DNA from: an uncultured Candidatus Saccharibacteria bacterium
GTDB taxonomy: Bacteria; Patescibacteriota; Saccharimonadia; Saccharimonadales; CAYTTW01
Assembly: GCA_964441005.1 (NCBI GenBank)
Contig: CAYTTW010000002.1
Span: forward strand, 7,082 to 31,081
Direction: 5' to 3'
DNA: 24,000 nt
Positions 9,001 through 13,600 of the stretch are shown here, in pieces (positions within the stretch are counted from its first letter, which is position 1; each line of letters begins with the position of its first letter). The position numbers were made by a program, and so were the translations under genes. The notes below the pieces were generated by a model. It made no database searches. It worked only from the letters and a program-made list of their open reading frames with translations, and was not told where the DNA came from.

Positions 9001-9915
9001 GTTGATGGTCTGGGTGTTACCAGAAGCGACCGTTGCAGAACCAATAGAGATAGTGTTGGAGACGGTGGATTGACCGACGGTGATTTGACCACCCAAAGAA
9101 GTGCCACCAATGGTAATGGCGTTGGCGGTACCTGTGCCGAGCGAAAGTGTTGCGGCCGTAGCGGTATCAAGGAGGGGGGTTAGAATTGAGGTGTTCGCTC
9201 TTCCCGTTCCCGAAATGCGAAAATCAGCTGTTTGATCTGAGCCACTTTGATTTTGAATGTAATTGGCCGAGCCGCTAGTAGGAGCAAATCCACAGTTAGT
9301 GCTGGTACGAATACAAAGCGTGCCCCCTTCATCTGGCAGTAAAATGCTGTTGGCGGCACTTTGCGTCGCGAAGTCTAGGGTGCTCGTGTTAACACCTGTC
9401 AGTTTGGCCAGCTGACCAGCGCGAAAAGCGTATGGTACCGCCGTGAGTTTCAAGCGTGGGCTCATTTCGCCGTCCCAACTGGCCGAAACACCCGAGCCAC
9501 CGATGTTCATAGTGAGCCAGAGGTCCTGATCCCACTTAATCGTACTCGGGAAGGCGGTTACAGACCCCAGATCAGCAGTCAAGTAACCATTGACTAAACG
9601 CACCAGGTTGCCGGTAGTTCTGGTTTCTGTCCAGAGACAGTTAGCATCACCAGTACAGGAACCTTGGCTGGAGCCCGACGAACTTGAAGCATTAAACAGT
9701 TTAAATTCAATGTGGTAGTTGCCATCCGGCACCACCGAACCGCTACCAGTTAATAGTCGTGCTTGAAAGTTCAAGGTAGATGAGGTGGCGGCACTGGCTA
9801 CTTGAGTGTTTGATGGCCGAATGAGCGGAATCAGGATGCCCAACACCAAGGCGACACTGATGGCTATCAGGTACCGAGCGAACAGTACTCGTTTGAGAGG
9901 TGTTTTTACGGACAT
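1..9915 (-). CDS. Giant secreted/cell-surface modular repeat protein; 5' end complete, 3' end beyond the left window edge (>=3,305 aa)
   Basis: ATG 9915-9913 is preceded by an in-frame TAA (9918-9916). Hand translation of the reverse complement of every 60-nt row from 9915 to 1 gave 3,305 sense codons and no stop. No minus-strand ORF in the track shares this frame. The sequence is protein-like with coherent repeats throughout. It is missing from the track, presumably because no stop codon lies inside the window. Confidence 0.9.
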   Translation of the reverse strand, partial: MSVKTPLKRVLFARYLIAISVALVLGILIPLIRPSNTQVASAATSSTLNFQARLLTGSGSVVPDGNYHIEFKLFNASSSSGSSQGSCTGDANCLWTETRTTGNLVRLVNGYLTADLGSVTAFPSTIKWDQDLWLTMNIGGSGVSASWDGEMSPRLKLTAVPYAFRAGQLAKLTGVNTSTLDFATQSAANSILLPDEGGTLCIRTSTNCGFAPTSGSANYIQNQSGSDQTADFRISGTGRANTSILTPLLDTATAATLSLGTGTANAITIGGTSLGGQITVGQSTVSNTISIGSATVASGNTQTINIGNGAGAGTAINVNILSGVGTAGTGILKLGDNTRVNQIDLGNINPAAARSINIGNTTGTANAAVDTINIATNPTTVAGGNTVHIADGTPTGSGTNLVTIGSTANASTTTIQGGTGNINLITNSASAGTIVKTNTNTATAFQVQNAIAAPIFGVDTTDSNLLANLNPGFEANPLTSWVGKGTGTVARSTAQFYTGNASGQITTLATANTGAQLPFTFSTATTYTLSLYARLSSGAMTTFRIGRQDVSGTDVDCTINGTQDQTLSNAGWTRFVCSFTTGGTITSSNIYVKQSDATARAGTIFIDAVQLETGSNATAYGGGNINLNATITSPLSIRNTSDSTTALLIQNATGSTNLLVADTLNGRITVGGTQSIITGTNSATGFVVQNSGSADTLLTVDTTARSGSGGNLVKIGNSTGTDTNTTILQVDSTSLDPSTNLSALNGGIFYNSNTNHLEAVENGVVKIICNKFDAACGGGGGSSTTLQQAYDNSTSPATILLADSKNIVVNAADTTTDPNIVFNLQCVTCSAGGGVFKVQNAGTDVLTVANNSSSTSAFLFKPKTNSTAALQVQPSGNTNAVFDIDTTNERVGIGIATPTTFKLEVAGNIGPEADNTRDLGSTAKRFANVYTSNVLQNGAGTLTLDTTGAGTVTVGTNATTVNVGGGSANEAINIGNSTGNDTVTINNVSSGTNTLQVGNTSNGSSLTSYLSSAGAIFKTVANTSTAFQIQNAIGSNSVLVNTNALNTTLNNPSIESTDNTNWALKQGTGTTARDTTQAYIGGASEKIALTSTAIGDGVKYTPASTLAANTYTLSFSIMQTAGTAFGTNLQVGTNNGSDNNCILSPTLATQAVPTTGWARYTCTFTTTGTTTFIYWKEADAPGSARTFFLDALQIEVAATAKPFQESSLQLNGVITSPTSFINTTDSTSAFQIQNSAGTSNLFVADTLNGRVGIGTAAPATSLQVAGTTGIRLQGTGTNTDTIDLVPGTAASYDRLDFKAVSTNRGASFQLNPNGTNSNSKISLANDASSSNFDSAFLSVEGTSANLSPQRVGTGGAAGQVTTLNFGGGSGAGSWTNVLFSSGNVGIGTSGNPASLLSVGGTTGNFQVASTGNLTSVGSASFAPTTNSATAFLFQNSGAADTLLSIDTAARSASGGNLIKVGNSTGTDTNTTILQVDAATANPSTNLAALNGGLFYNSTNNHVSVIENGAVKILCNQTDAACGGGSGSTTTLQQAYGNDTDGSDTRIDLTSADDSLIFSNPASSGTDSGYILSLDQLASGAVDNIRVTNAGTGNLATLDSSNASGNGVNIDIQSSSSSQYALKLTANNAATDLLIARGDGRIGIGGTTSVSSKLTVFDTNVVGESVINTAASASNAGGGIGVYSDDGAAISSGDRLGVFLLGGSRDAAHTLNNSAGIIAYAAENWTATANGAKLTFELTPNGATSRSEVATILNNGNFGINQTNPATFKLEVGGNIGPEADNTRDLGSTAKRFANVYTSNVLQTGTGTLLLDTTGAGIVNIGQTATTVNVGGGSSNEAINIGNSSGNDTITINNVATGTNTLQVGNSANGSGFTAYVNSSGALFKTPTNSTTAFQVQNASGTPIFLVDTSTTSNLVTNPGFETDVTTGWSYTNATGTRNTTKSNTYHGAASNSVNVTVAGGGANVTSFTAAITPAQYTFSFYAEKGTNAGTLSVAITGGSAPACTLVNYVAPVTTGFQRYTCTFTSTTTNVTAISINSTATGTFFLDAVELNTGATAAPYASQGAVQLRGTINNPLTLQNVSDSTSAFQIQNSAGTSNLFVADTLNGRVGIGTASPAATLGIVGPTSASTILKIQDNATGGVISFGSDGSGQTHETFGSSGSIDGQSGQLQIRGAGSSVPIAFYTNSLQRALIDTSGTLNVGSSSQFQVTSGGNISTTGTSSIATTSASAFLIQNSAAAETLLTADSSARSASGGNLIKVGNSTGTDTATTILQVDAATANPSTNLAALNGGLFYNSTSNHLSVIENGVVKVLCNQTDAACGGGGGSSTTLQNAYDNSTSPATILLADNKNIVINAADTTTDPSIIFNLQCTTCSASGGRFAIQNGGTDVFTVSPNNAGISIGTVGSATTASTIHIADTTGASGVQTVTIGSSSAVANVTTIQGGTGTNAINLQAASGGSINIANNAVNSTVNIGKTGSTANTTTVNIGTSTGAAQTINLGSSHASSVVTATGGAVSLSVANAGATLSGGNLDVTYNTVKNIGRKPRAVLFGANASLESNADEWLYLKNNNYIVATVDFTSSADVLAASDYDVYIADFRVWGVDSTAAAKALSLWKNYGKNVITVGNDTASGNIYPVVTTSGHASATYASTVTSPPHIITQDYAGATDIGGGVDSGQDVTAIRSQFRTLYTLTADSTKIEGIIGESEKGGVWFHDQTGELAQNNNGKGVLLNALAYEAGSDARMLEARDANAGYRNIQDQVYVDQTSNNILLNRMSAPTGQSAACNLDTGGTLLDGGSYSYKVVAVDPSGNTTTTSSAATVVCGTGTATANDNKVTITWSAVTGAASYQVYGRTAGSELLIASGITATTYQDTGSITPSGAQPVVNTAYINKISSSGNSFLQGGNLGIGTTAPTARLQVVGAGTTTNALLVTPAAAQTTADLVKLDNTGFPVITAGANNLQITYVGGAANVEAAAQRIDLTPGTTSGGIWSGLRFVGASTGAVSGVTENGIKLQGPTSLGAGTENAINIDSNWDNLINSLNFTVTGAGAISFGSLPGVGSNPVALCRDATTTQITNCGTNSAGVTLQQSYDADADGSDTLITLSTADDSLILRNPSSSGTDSGYILNLDQLASGAVDGLRVNNAGTGTLATLDSTNASGNGVSIDVQSSSSSQYALKVTSNNGSTNGLYVRADGNVGIGSTTPQATLHIESTTPGIVLRDSDQGTDLKNFQILNNGGQLKIRSLTDAAALTTEIIDFERNGNVGIGTSGTPAGLLSVGGTTGNFQVASTGAVTAVGVNSGSGLLQG
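43..141 (-). repeat. Module E, copy 2 (aa 3259-3291)
   Basis: NGNVGIGTSGTPAGLLSVGGTTGNFQVASTGAV matches aa 1381-1413. Confidence 0.75.
316..669 (-). repeat. Module C2, copy 2 (aa ~3083-3200)
   Basis: VTLQQSYDADADGSDTLITLSTADDSLILRNPSSSGTDSGYILNLDQLASGAVDGLRVNNAGTGTLATLDSTNASGNGVSIDVQSSSSSQYALKVTSNN...ADGNVGIGS. Confidence 0.8.
1273..1533 (-). other. FN3/Ig-like beta-sandwich region (aa ~2795-2881)
   Basis: GGSYSYKVVAVDPSGNTTTTSSAATVVCGTGTATANDNKVTITWSAVTGAASYQVYGRTAGSELLIASGITATTYQDTGS. V-T-I-T-W-S-A-V-T-G-A-x-S-Y-x-V-Y and T-Y-x-D-T-G are typical bacterial FN3 strand motifs. Confidence 0.55.
1621..2340 (-). other. Unique non-repetitive alpha/beta domain inside the giant protein (aa ~2526-2765); fold unassigned
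   Basis: RKPRAVLFGANASLESNADEWLYLKNNNYIVATVDFTSSADVLAASDYDVYIADFRVWGVDSTAAAKALSLWKNYGKNVITVGNDT...GGVWFHDQTG...GKGVLLNALAYEAGSDARMLEARDANAGY. Hydrophobic strands alternate with amphipathic helices. It has more charged and aromatic residues than the rest of the protein and contains no Cys. Confidence 0.5.
2341..2739 (-). repeat. Second I-x-I-G / Gly-Thr-Asn short-repeat tract (aa ~2393-2525)
   Basis: ISIGTVGSATTASTIHIADTTGASGVQTVTIGSSSAVANVTTIQGGTGTNAINLQAASGGSINIANNAVNSTVNIGKTGSTANTTTVNIGTSTGAAQTINLGSS. Confidence 0.55.
2740..2946 (-). repeat. Module C1, copy 2 (aa ~2324-2392)
   Basis: SSTTLQNAYDNSTSPATILLADNKNIVINAADTTTDPSIIFNLQCTTCSASGGRFAIQNGGTDVFTV. Confidence 0.75.
2947..3240 (-). repeat. 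Module B, copy 3 (aa ~2226-2323)
   Basis: SASAFLIQNSAAAETLLTADSSARSASGGNLIKVGNSTGTDTATTILQVDAATANPSTNLAALNGGLFYNSTSNHLSVIENGVVKVLCNQTDAACGGGGG. Confidence 0.8.
3586..3720 (-). repeat. Post-CBM linker module A, copy 3
   Basis: QLRGTINNPLTLQNVSDSTSAFQIQNSAGTSNLFVADTLNGRVGIGT. Confidence 0.7.
3736..4182 (-). other. CBM4/9-like beta-sandwich domain, copy 3 (aa ~1912-2060)
   Basis: NLVTNPGFETDVTTGWSYTNATGTRNTTKSNTYHGAASNSV...AQYTFSFYAEKG...PACTLVNY...TTGFQRYTCTFTS...GTFFLDAVELNTG. Confidence 0.6.
4183..4662 (-). repeat. Module D (tail-fibre-like), copy 2 (aa ~1752-1911)
   Basis: NGNFGINQTNPATFKLEVGGNIGPEADNTRDLGSTAKRFANVYTSNVLQTGTGTLLLDTTGAGIVNIGQTATTVNVGGGSSNEAINIGNSSGNDTITINNVATGTNTLQVGNSANGSG... 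Confidence 0.8.
4981..5340 (-). repeat. Module C2, copy 1 (aa ~1526-1645)
   Basis: TTTLQQAYGNDTDGSDTRIDLTSADDSLIFSNPASSGTDSGYILSLDQLASGAVDNIRVTNAGTGNLATLDSSNASGNGVNIDIQSSSSSQYALKLTANN...GDGRIGIGG aligns with 316-669. Confidence 0.8.
5347..5640 (-). repeat. Module B, copy 2 (aa ~1426-1523)
   Basis: NSATAFLFQNSGAADTLLSIDTAARSASGGNLIKVGNSTGTDTNTTILQVDAATANPSTNLAALNGGLFYNSTNNHVSVIENGAVKILCNQTDAACGGG. Confidence 0.8.
5677..5775 (-). repeat. Module E, copy 1 (aa 1381-1413)
   Basis: SGNVGIGTSGNPASLLSVGGTTGNFQVASTGNL versus NGNVGIGTSGTPAGLLSVGGTTGNFQVASTGAV at 43-141. Confidence 0.75.
6160..6294 (-). repeat. Post-CBM linker module A, copy 2
   Basis: LQLNGVITSPTSFINTTDSTSAFQIQNSAGTSNLFVADTLNGRVGIGT. 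Confidence 0.7.
6316..6780 (-). other. CBM4/9-like beta-sandwich domain, copy 2 (aa ~1046-1200)
   Basis: NNPSIESTDNTNWALKQGTGTTARDTTQAYIGGASEKI...NTYTLSFSIMQ...NNCILSP...TTGWARYTCTFTTTG...ARTFFLDALQIEVA. Confidence 0.6.
6781..7260 (-). repeat. Module D (tail-fibre-like), copy 1 (aa ~886-1045)
   Basis: NERVGIGIATPTTFKLEVAGNIGPEADNTRDLGSTAKRFANVYTSNVLQNGAGTLTLDTTGAGTVTVGTNATTVNVGGGSANEAINIGNSTGNDTVTINNVSSGTNTLQVGNTSNGSS... The copy at 4183-4662 is offset by exactly 2,598 nt. Confidence 0.8.
7366..7575 (-). repeat. Module C1, copy 1 (aa ~781-850)
   Basis: SSTTLQQAYDNSTSPATILLADSKNIVVNAADTTTDPNIVFNLQCVTCSAGGGVFKVQNAGTDVLTV is near-identical in protein to 2740-2946. Confidence 0.75.
7576..7872 (-). 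repeat. Module B, copy 1 (aa ~682-780)
   Basis: ATGFVVQNSGSADTLLTVDTTARSGSGGNLVKIGNSTGTDTNTTILQVDSTSLDPSTNLSALNGGIFYNSNTNHLEAVENGVVKIICNKFDAACGGGGG. Confidence 0.75.
7912..8040 (-). repeat. Post-CBM linker module A, copy 1
   Basis: NLNATITSPLSIRNTSDSTTALLIQNATGSTNLLVADTLNGRITVGG aligns with copies at 6160-6294 and 3586-3720. Confidence 0.7.
8056..8520 (-). other. CBM4/9-like carbohydrate-binding-type beta-sandwich domain, copy 1 (aa ~466-620)
   Basis: NLNPGFEANPLTSWVGKGTGTVARSTAQFYTGNASGQI...TYTLSLYARLSS...DCTING...AGWTRFVCSFTT...IFIDAVQLETG. Pattern is N-P-G-F-E..W near the start, Y-x-[LF]-S-x-[YI] in the middle, G-W-x-R-[FY]-x-C-x-F, and F-[FI]-[LI]-D-A-[VL]-[QE]-[LI] at the end. Confidence 0.6.
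8542..9198 (-). repeat. Tract of short imperfect I-x-I-G / Gly-Thr-Asn repeats (beta-helix-like), aa ~240-458
   Basis: LSLGTGTANAITIGGTSLGGQITVGQSTVSNTISIGSATVASGNTQTINIGNGAGAGTAINVNIL...SINIGNTTGTANAAVDTINIA...TVHIADG...LVTIGSTANASTTTIQGGTGNINLI. Confidence 0.55.
9406..9780 (-). other. Non-repetitive N-terminal globular domain of the giant protein (aa ~46-170)
   Basis: STLNFQARLLTGSGSVVPDGNYHIEFKLF...SCTGDANCLW...LWLTMNIGG...EMSPRLKLTAVPYAFRA. The alternating beta-strand-like pattern occurs only once in the window. Confidence 0.5.
9790..9915 (-). other. Predicted Sec signal peptide / N-terminal anchor of the giant protein (aa 1-42)
   Basis: MSVKTPLKRVLFARYLIAISVALVLGILIPLIRPSNTQVASA|A has a basic n-region (K4,K8,R9,R14), a ~19-residue hydrophobic core and an A-S-A motif before the putative cleavage site. 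Confidence 0.65.
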
Positions 9916-10277
9916 TTAATTTGTTTGGTTTTGGTTTTGCCGGTCAATCACGACCTAGTTACGTGAACTCTTTCGTGACCTAATTTTTGTTTTGGCAAAT
10001 ACCTAGCTTCAATTATCGAGGTATATCAGGGGTAAAACAAGCAGTTTTTGAGCAAAAATAGGACTCTAATTTTAAAGCTAAAATCTCTATTATTTTTACC
10101 TCGTAGTGTTGTGCTAATTAGCACCCTTCCGATTTTTGTCGGTGTTAGCCACTTCAAGGACAGAATCTACCTCTATTAATTATGGCATTTATCGTTGTGT
10201 ATATGATAACAGTCGACTAAAATCAGTGATTTTTATCCACAAGAGGTGACGAAATTGAGCACTTAATTTATCTACTT

Positions 10278-10586
10278 TTAACTGATCTTGGTAATTTTGA
10301 TTTGAGTGTGACGCTGGCGATGACCATGCACTTTTTTAACACGCTTCTTGGCCTTATAACGAATAGCTGTCACCTTTTCGGCCTTAACTTCCGGTTCTAG
10401 AATGCTCGCGGTCACCTTTGCACCTTCTACCGCTGGTGTGCCAACCTTGACGGTGGTGCCATCGATAGTCAAAAGTGCGTCAAAAGCCAGACTTTTTTGA
10501 TCCCCAGCCAGTAAATCAACCAACAGTGTATCGCCCTCACTAACGAGGTATTGTTTACCACCACTGGAGATAACTGCTTTTTTCAT
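10278..10586 (-). CDS. rplU: 50S ribosomal protein L21
   Basis: MKKAVISSGGKQYLVSEGDTLLVDLL...KVTAIRYKAKKRVKKVHGHRQRHTQIKITKIS is the L21 pattern. I chose ATG 10586 (AAGGGA ~10 nt upstream) rather than the track's TTG at 10634. Confidence 0.9.
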   Translation of the reverse strand: MKKAVISSGGKQYLVSEGDTLLVDLLAGDQKSLAFDALLTIDGTTVKVGTPAVEGAKVTASILEPEVKAEKVTAIRYKAKKRVKKVHGHRQRHTQIKITKIS

Positions 10587-10679
10587 TAAATACAATCCCT
10601 TGATCTTGTGTAGCGCTTCGGGTGCGAAGCTCAATAAGTACCGACCGAGTCTAACAGATTACGGCCCCTGTGTAAACCT

Positions 10680-13600
10680 TTAGACTTTTGCCACAGCAAT
10701 CTTAACTTCCAGGCCCTCTACCTTAACGGTTGTGCGGTATGCATCGGCTGAAACTTCGCCAAACTCTTCGGTCAGAGTTTCGGATAGAATCGTGGCTTGA
10801 TGATTTTCAATAGCCTGTTGGATTTCAATACTATCTGTTTCAATCAGTAGAGCTATCCGATCTTCCACATTTAGCCCAGCCTGCTTACGCGCGTTTTGAA
10901 CCGAGCGAACCAGCTCACGCATAATACCCTCTTCCCGCAGCTCTTCGGTCACGTTAAAGTCAATTTCAATCTGATATAACTGAGCAAAGTTGTGCTCTTC
11001 CCAGTTCTGGCCAAATGTTTTTTCTGGATCTACATGTTTCTCATCAATCACCAGTTCTTTGACGTTCAATTCATCTTTCACGATCTCCAGTAAATCAGCC
11101 GGAAAATCCTTATATGTGCCCCTGAGTGTTGCTTTCGCCAGTGGTTGACGAACCTTAACGCCTTGTTCAGCTCGTAAGCCTAGTCCTATGGCAACCACGT
11201 GCCGGATAGCCGCCATCTGGTAGAGAAGATCTTTATCTACCTCGCCTGACGGCGGCCAATCTAACAGATGCACTGATTCTCCACCAGTTAGCTTTCGGTA
11301 TAGCTCTTCGGCCATGAAAGGTGTAAAGGGTGCCAAAATCATACTGAGCCGCACCAGCACGTAGTGCAGAGTGCGATAGGCGTCATCTTTATCTGAATCA
11401 AAGATAGGGTGACCCTGGGCTTGCATCTGAGCGTCGGAGTGGTCTTCTCCTCGAGAAGCGGAAGTAGGTGTAGGTGAACTACTGCTACTGAGCATCGGAG
11501 AGGAAAGGCCGCTTCCGGCGCCAGAAGTGTCGTCCAAGCGAGTGGCTTGGCCACTTGATTGGTCGGCACGGTGCATGCTCCAGGGCTTCCAGAAACGGCG
11601 GCGCGAGCGGCGTACAAACCAGTTAGAGGCGTCATCCAGAAACGGTAATACTGGTTTGAGGGCATTTGGAATATCATAGCTATCCATACTCTTTTGGACT
11701 TCGGCTGTGAGGCTATGAACCCGCGAGATGATCCATCTGTCCAACGGATTGCTTAGTGTCTTCAAGGGGTCATCGAGTGTACCATCCCATTCCCAGCCGT
11801 CTACCGAAGCATAAAGTGTAAAGAAGTCATACATGTTCCACACCATGTTCAACTTGCGAAACACATCAGCCACATCTTTATCCTGCAATGAGTAATCTTC
11901 ACCATTCAGCAAGGGTGAACTAAGCAGCAGGAACCTTAGGGCGTCAGCTGAATACTCATCCATGAGTTCATTAGGATCAGTATAGTTACCATACGATTTG
12001 CTCATCTTACGGCCGTCGTTACCCGCTATCGTCCCTGTTACAATAACGTTTTTAAATGAATTGTTGTCAAAAAGTCCTACGCCGACGGCGTGGAGATAGT
12101 AAAACCAGGCGCGGACCTGAGCCACATACTCAGCAATGAAATCGCCAGGGAAGCTTTGTTCAAATTTCTCTCTATTCTCAAAAGGGTAATGAAACTGAGC
12201 AAAGGGCATTGAGCCTGCCTCAAACCAGCTATCCATAACCTTATCGATACGCTTGTATTCGAGGCCATCTATTGTGAAGGTTACATCATCAATCCATGGT
12301 CGGTGATAATCCTCGAGTTCTACCCCTGACAACTCCTTTAGTTCAGCGTAGCTACCGATTACTTTGACATGTTCTTTCCCCTCCCTGTCAACCGCCTTCC
12401 AAATTGGCATCGCCGTCGCCCAAAAACGGTCACGTGACAGATTCCAGTCAGGCGCATTCTCTACTGTCTTCTCAAAGCGACCATGTTTGATGTGAGCCGG
12501 AAACCACGTAATTGGCTCGTTCTTCGATAACATCGTGCTACGCTGACCCTCAATATCCATAAACCAACTGGGGTGAGCACGGTACATGAGTTTGGTGTTG
12601 CAACGATGACAATGGGGGTATGGATGGGTTATATACTCGATCTTCCAGACCACTCCCCGCTGATGCAGCGTCCTCGCGATCTCTTTATTTATATCCCATA
12701 CCAGCTGGCCTTTCCACTCTCCCTTGGTGTACAGCCCTTTCTCATCGGTATCGATAAACATAGGGATCTTGTGTCGCTGTGCCAACAGGTAGTCATCTTC
12801 ACCGTAGGCTGGCGACTCGTGGGCAATGCCGGTACCTTCCTCGGTATGTACAAAATCAGCGTGCCAGACCTTGAAGGCGGTGTCTCCGACATCCTTGTAG
12901 GTATCAAACAGCGGTTCATAACTCTTGCCAACTAGTTCGGAGCCCTGAAATGTCCGAATTATCTTAAAAGGCACAACGTTGTGTTTTTCATCAGTTAAGA
13001 CTCTCTCAAGAAGTTCTTTTGCCAGGATGAGTGTAGTACCATCCACATCAACTTCGGCATACTCCACCTCTTTGTTAATGGCGATAGCCGAATTTGAAGG
13101 CAGCGTCCAAGGTGTCGTTGTCCAGGCTAGCAAATACTTGGCTTCCCCAACTAGCTTAAACTTGACGTAGACCGAGGGATCGGTGTCTTCCTGGTATGAG
13201 TTATCCATGGCAATTTCAGCTTTCGCCAGGGGTGTTTCATCGCGCGTGCAGTACAACAGTACTTTCTCACCTTCATAAATCTTACCCTTGTCAAAAAGCT
13301 GCTTGAAGGCCCACCAAACCGATTCCATATAGGGCTTATCCATAGTCTTATAGGCGCCCTGAAAGTCCACCCAGCGACCAATCCGAGCAATCGTGTCTTC
13401 CCAGAGGTTCCCAGTGAGTACCATATTGTCACGGCAGGCCTTAATGTAGTCTTCGAGCGAGATTTTGGTGCCGATCTCTGTTTTGTCTTTAATCCCTAGC
13501 TTTTTCTCGGTGTAAACTTCAGCCGGCAGACCATGACAATCCCAGCCCCAGACTCGTTCCACGCGCTTACCTTTCATGGTCCAGTAGCGTGGAACAGCAT

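Noticed and set aside
26-9073. About 40 + strand ORFs of 60-260 aa in the track (e.g. 5510-6292, 3730-4251, 8672-9073)
   Set aside because: They all lie antisense to the uninterrupted 3,305-codon minus-strand frame. Their products are Pro/Val/Ala/Leu-rich mirror images of its GGT/ACC/AAC-rich codons, and their repeats (e.g. ATWKLPVVPPTD at 26-310 and 5510-6292) only echo the sense-strand repeats.
3888-9170. Minus-strand ORFs 3888-4319, 4353-4592, 7377-7601 and 8919-9170
   Set aside because: All four are in the frame whose start coordinates are 2 mod 3, one nt off the real frame (0 mod 3). They use GTG/TTG-type starts and overlap the giant ORF completely.
1-9915. Periodic repeats as a CRISPR array or non-coding tandem repeat
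   Set aside because: The repeats are hundreds of nt long, imperfect and in frame, and they translate into conserved protein modules. There is no short direct-repeat/spacer pattern.
10111-10124. Palindrome GTGCTAATTAGCAC as the rplU intrinsic terminator
   Set aside because: It could form only a 5-bp stem with a 4-nt loop, and no U-run follows it on the minus strand. I kept it only as a possible protein-binding site.
10587-10634. Longer rplU starting at the track's 10634
   Set aside because: That codon is TTG. The extension MSFAPEALHKIKGLYL is not L21-like. ATG 10586 gives the canonical MKKAVI... start with a purine-rich site upstream.
11382-11588. IleS insertion as an intein or mobile element remnant
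   Set aside because: At ~60 aa it is too short, it is low-complexity, it has no Cys/Ser/Thr plus His-Asn junction residues, and it has no endonuclease motifs.
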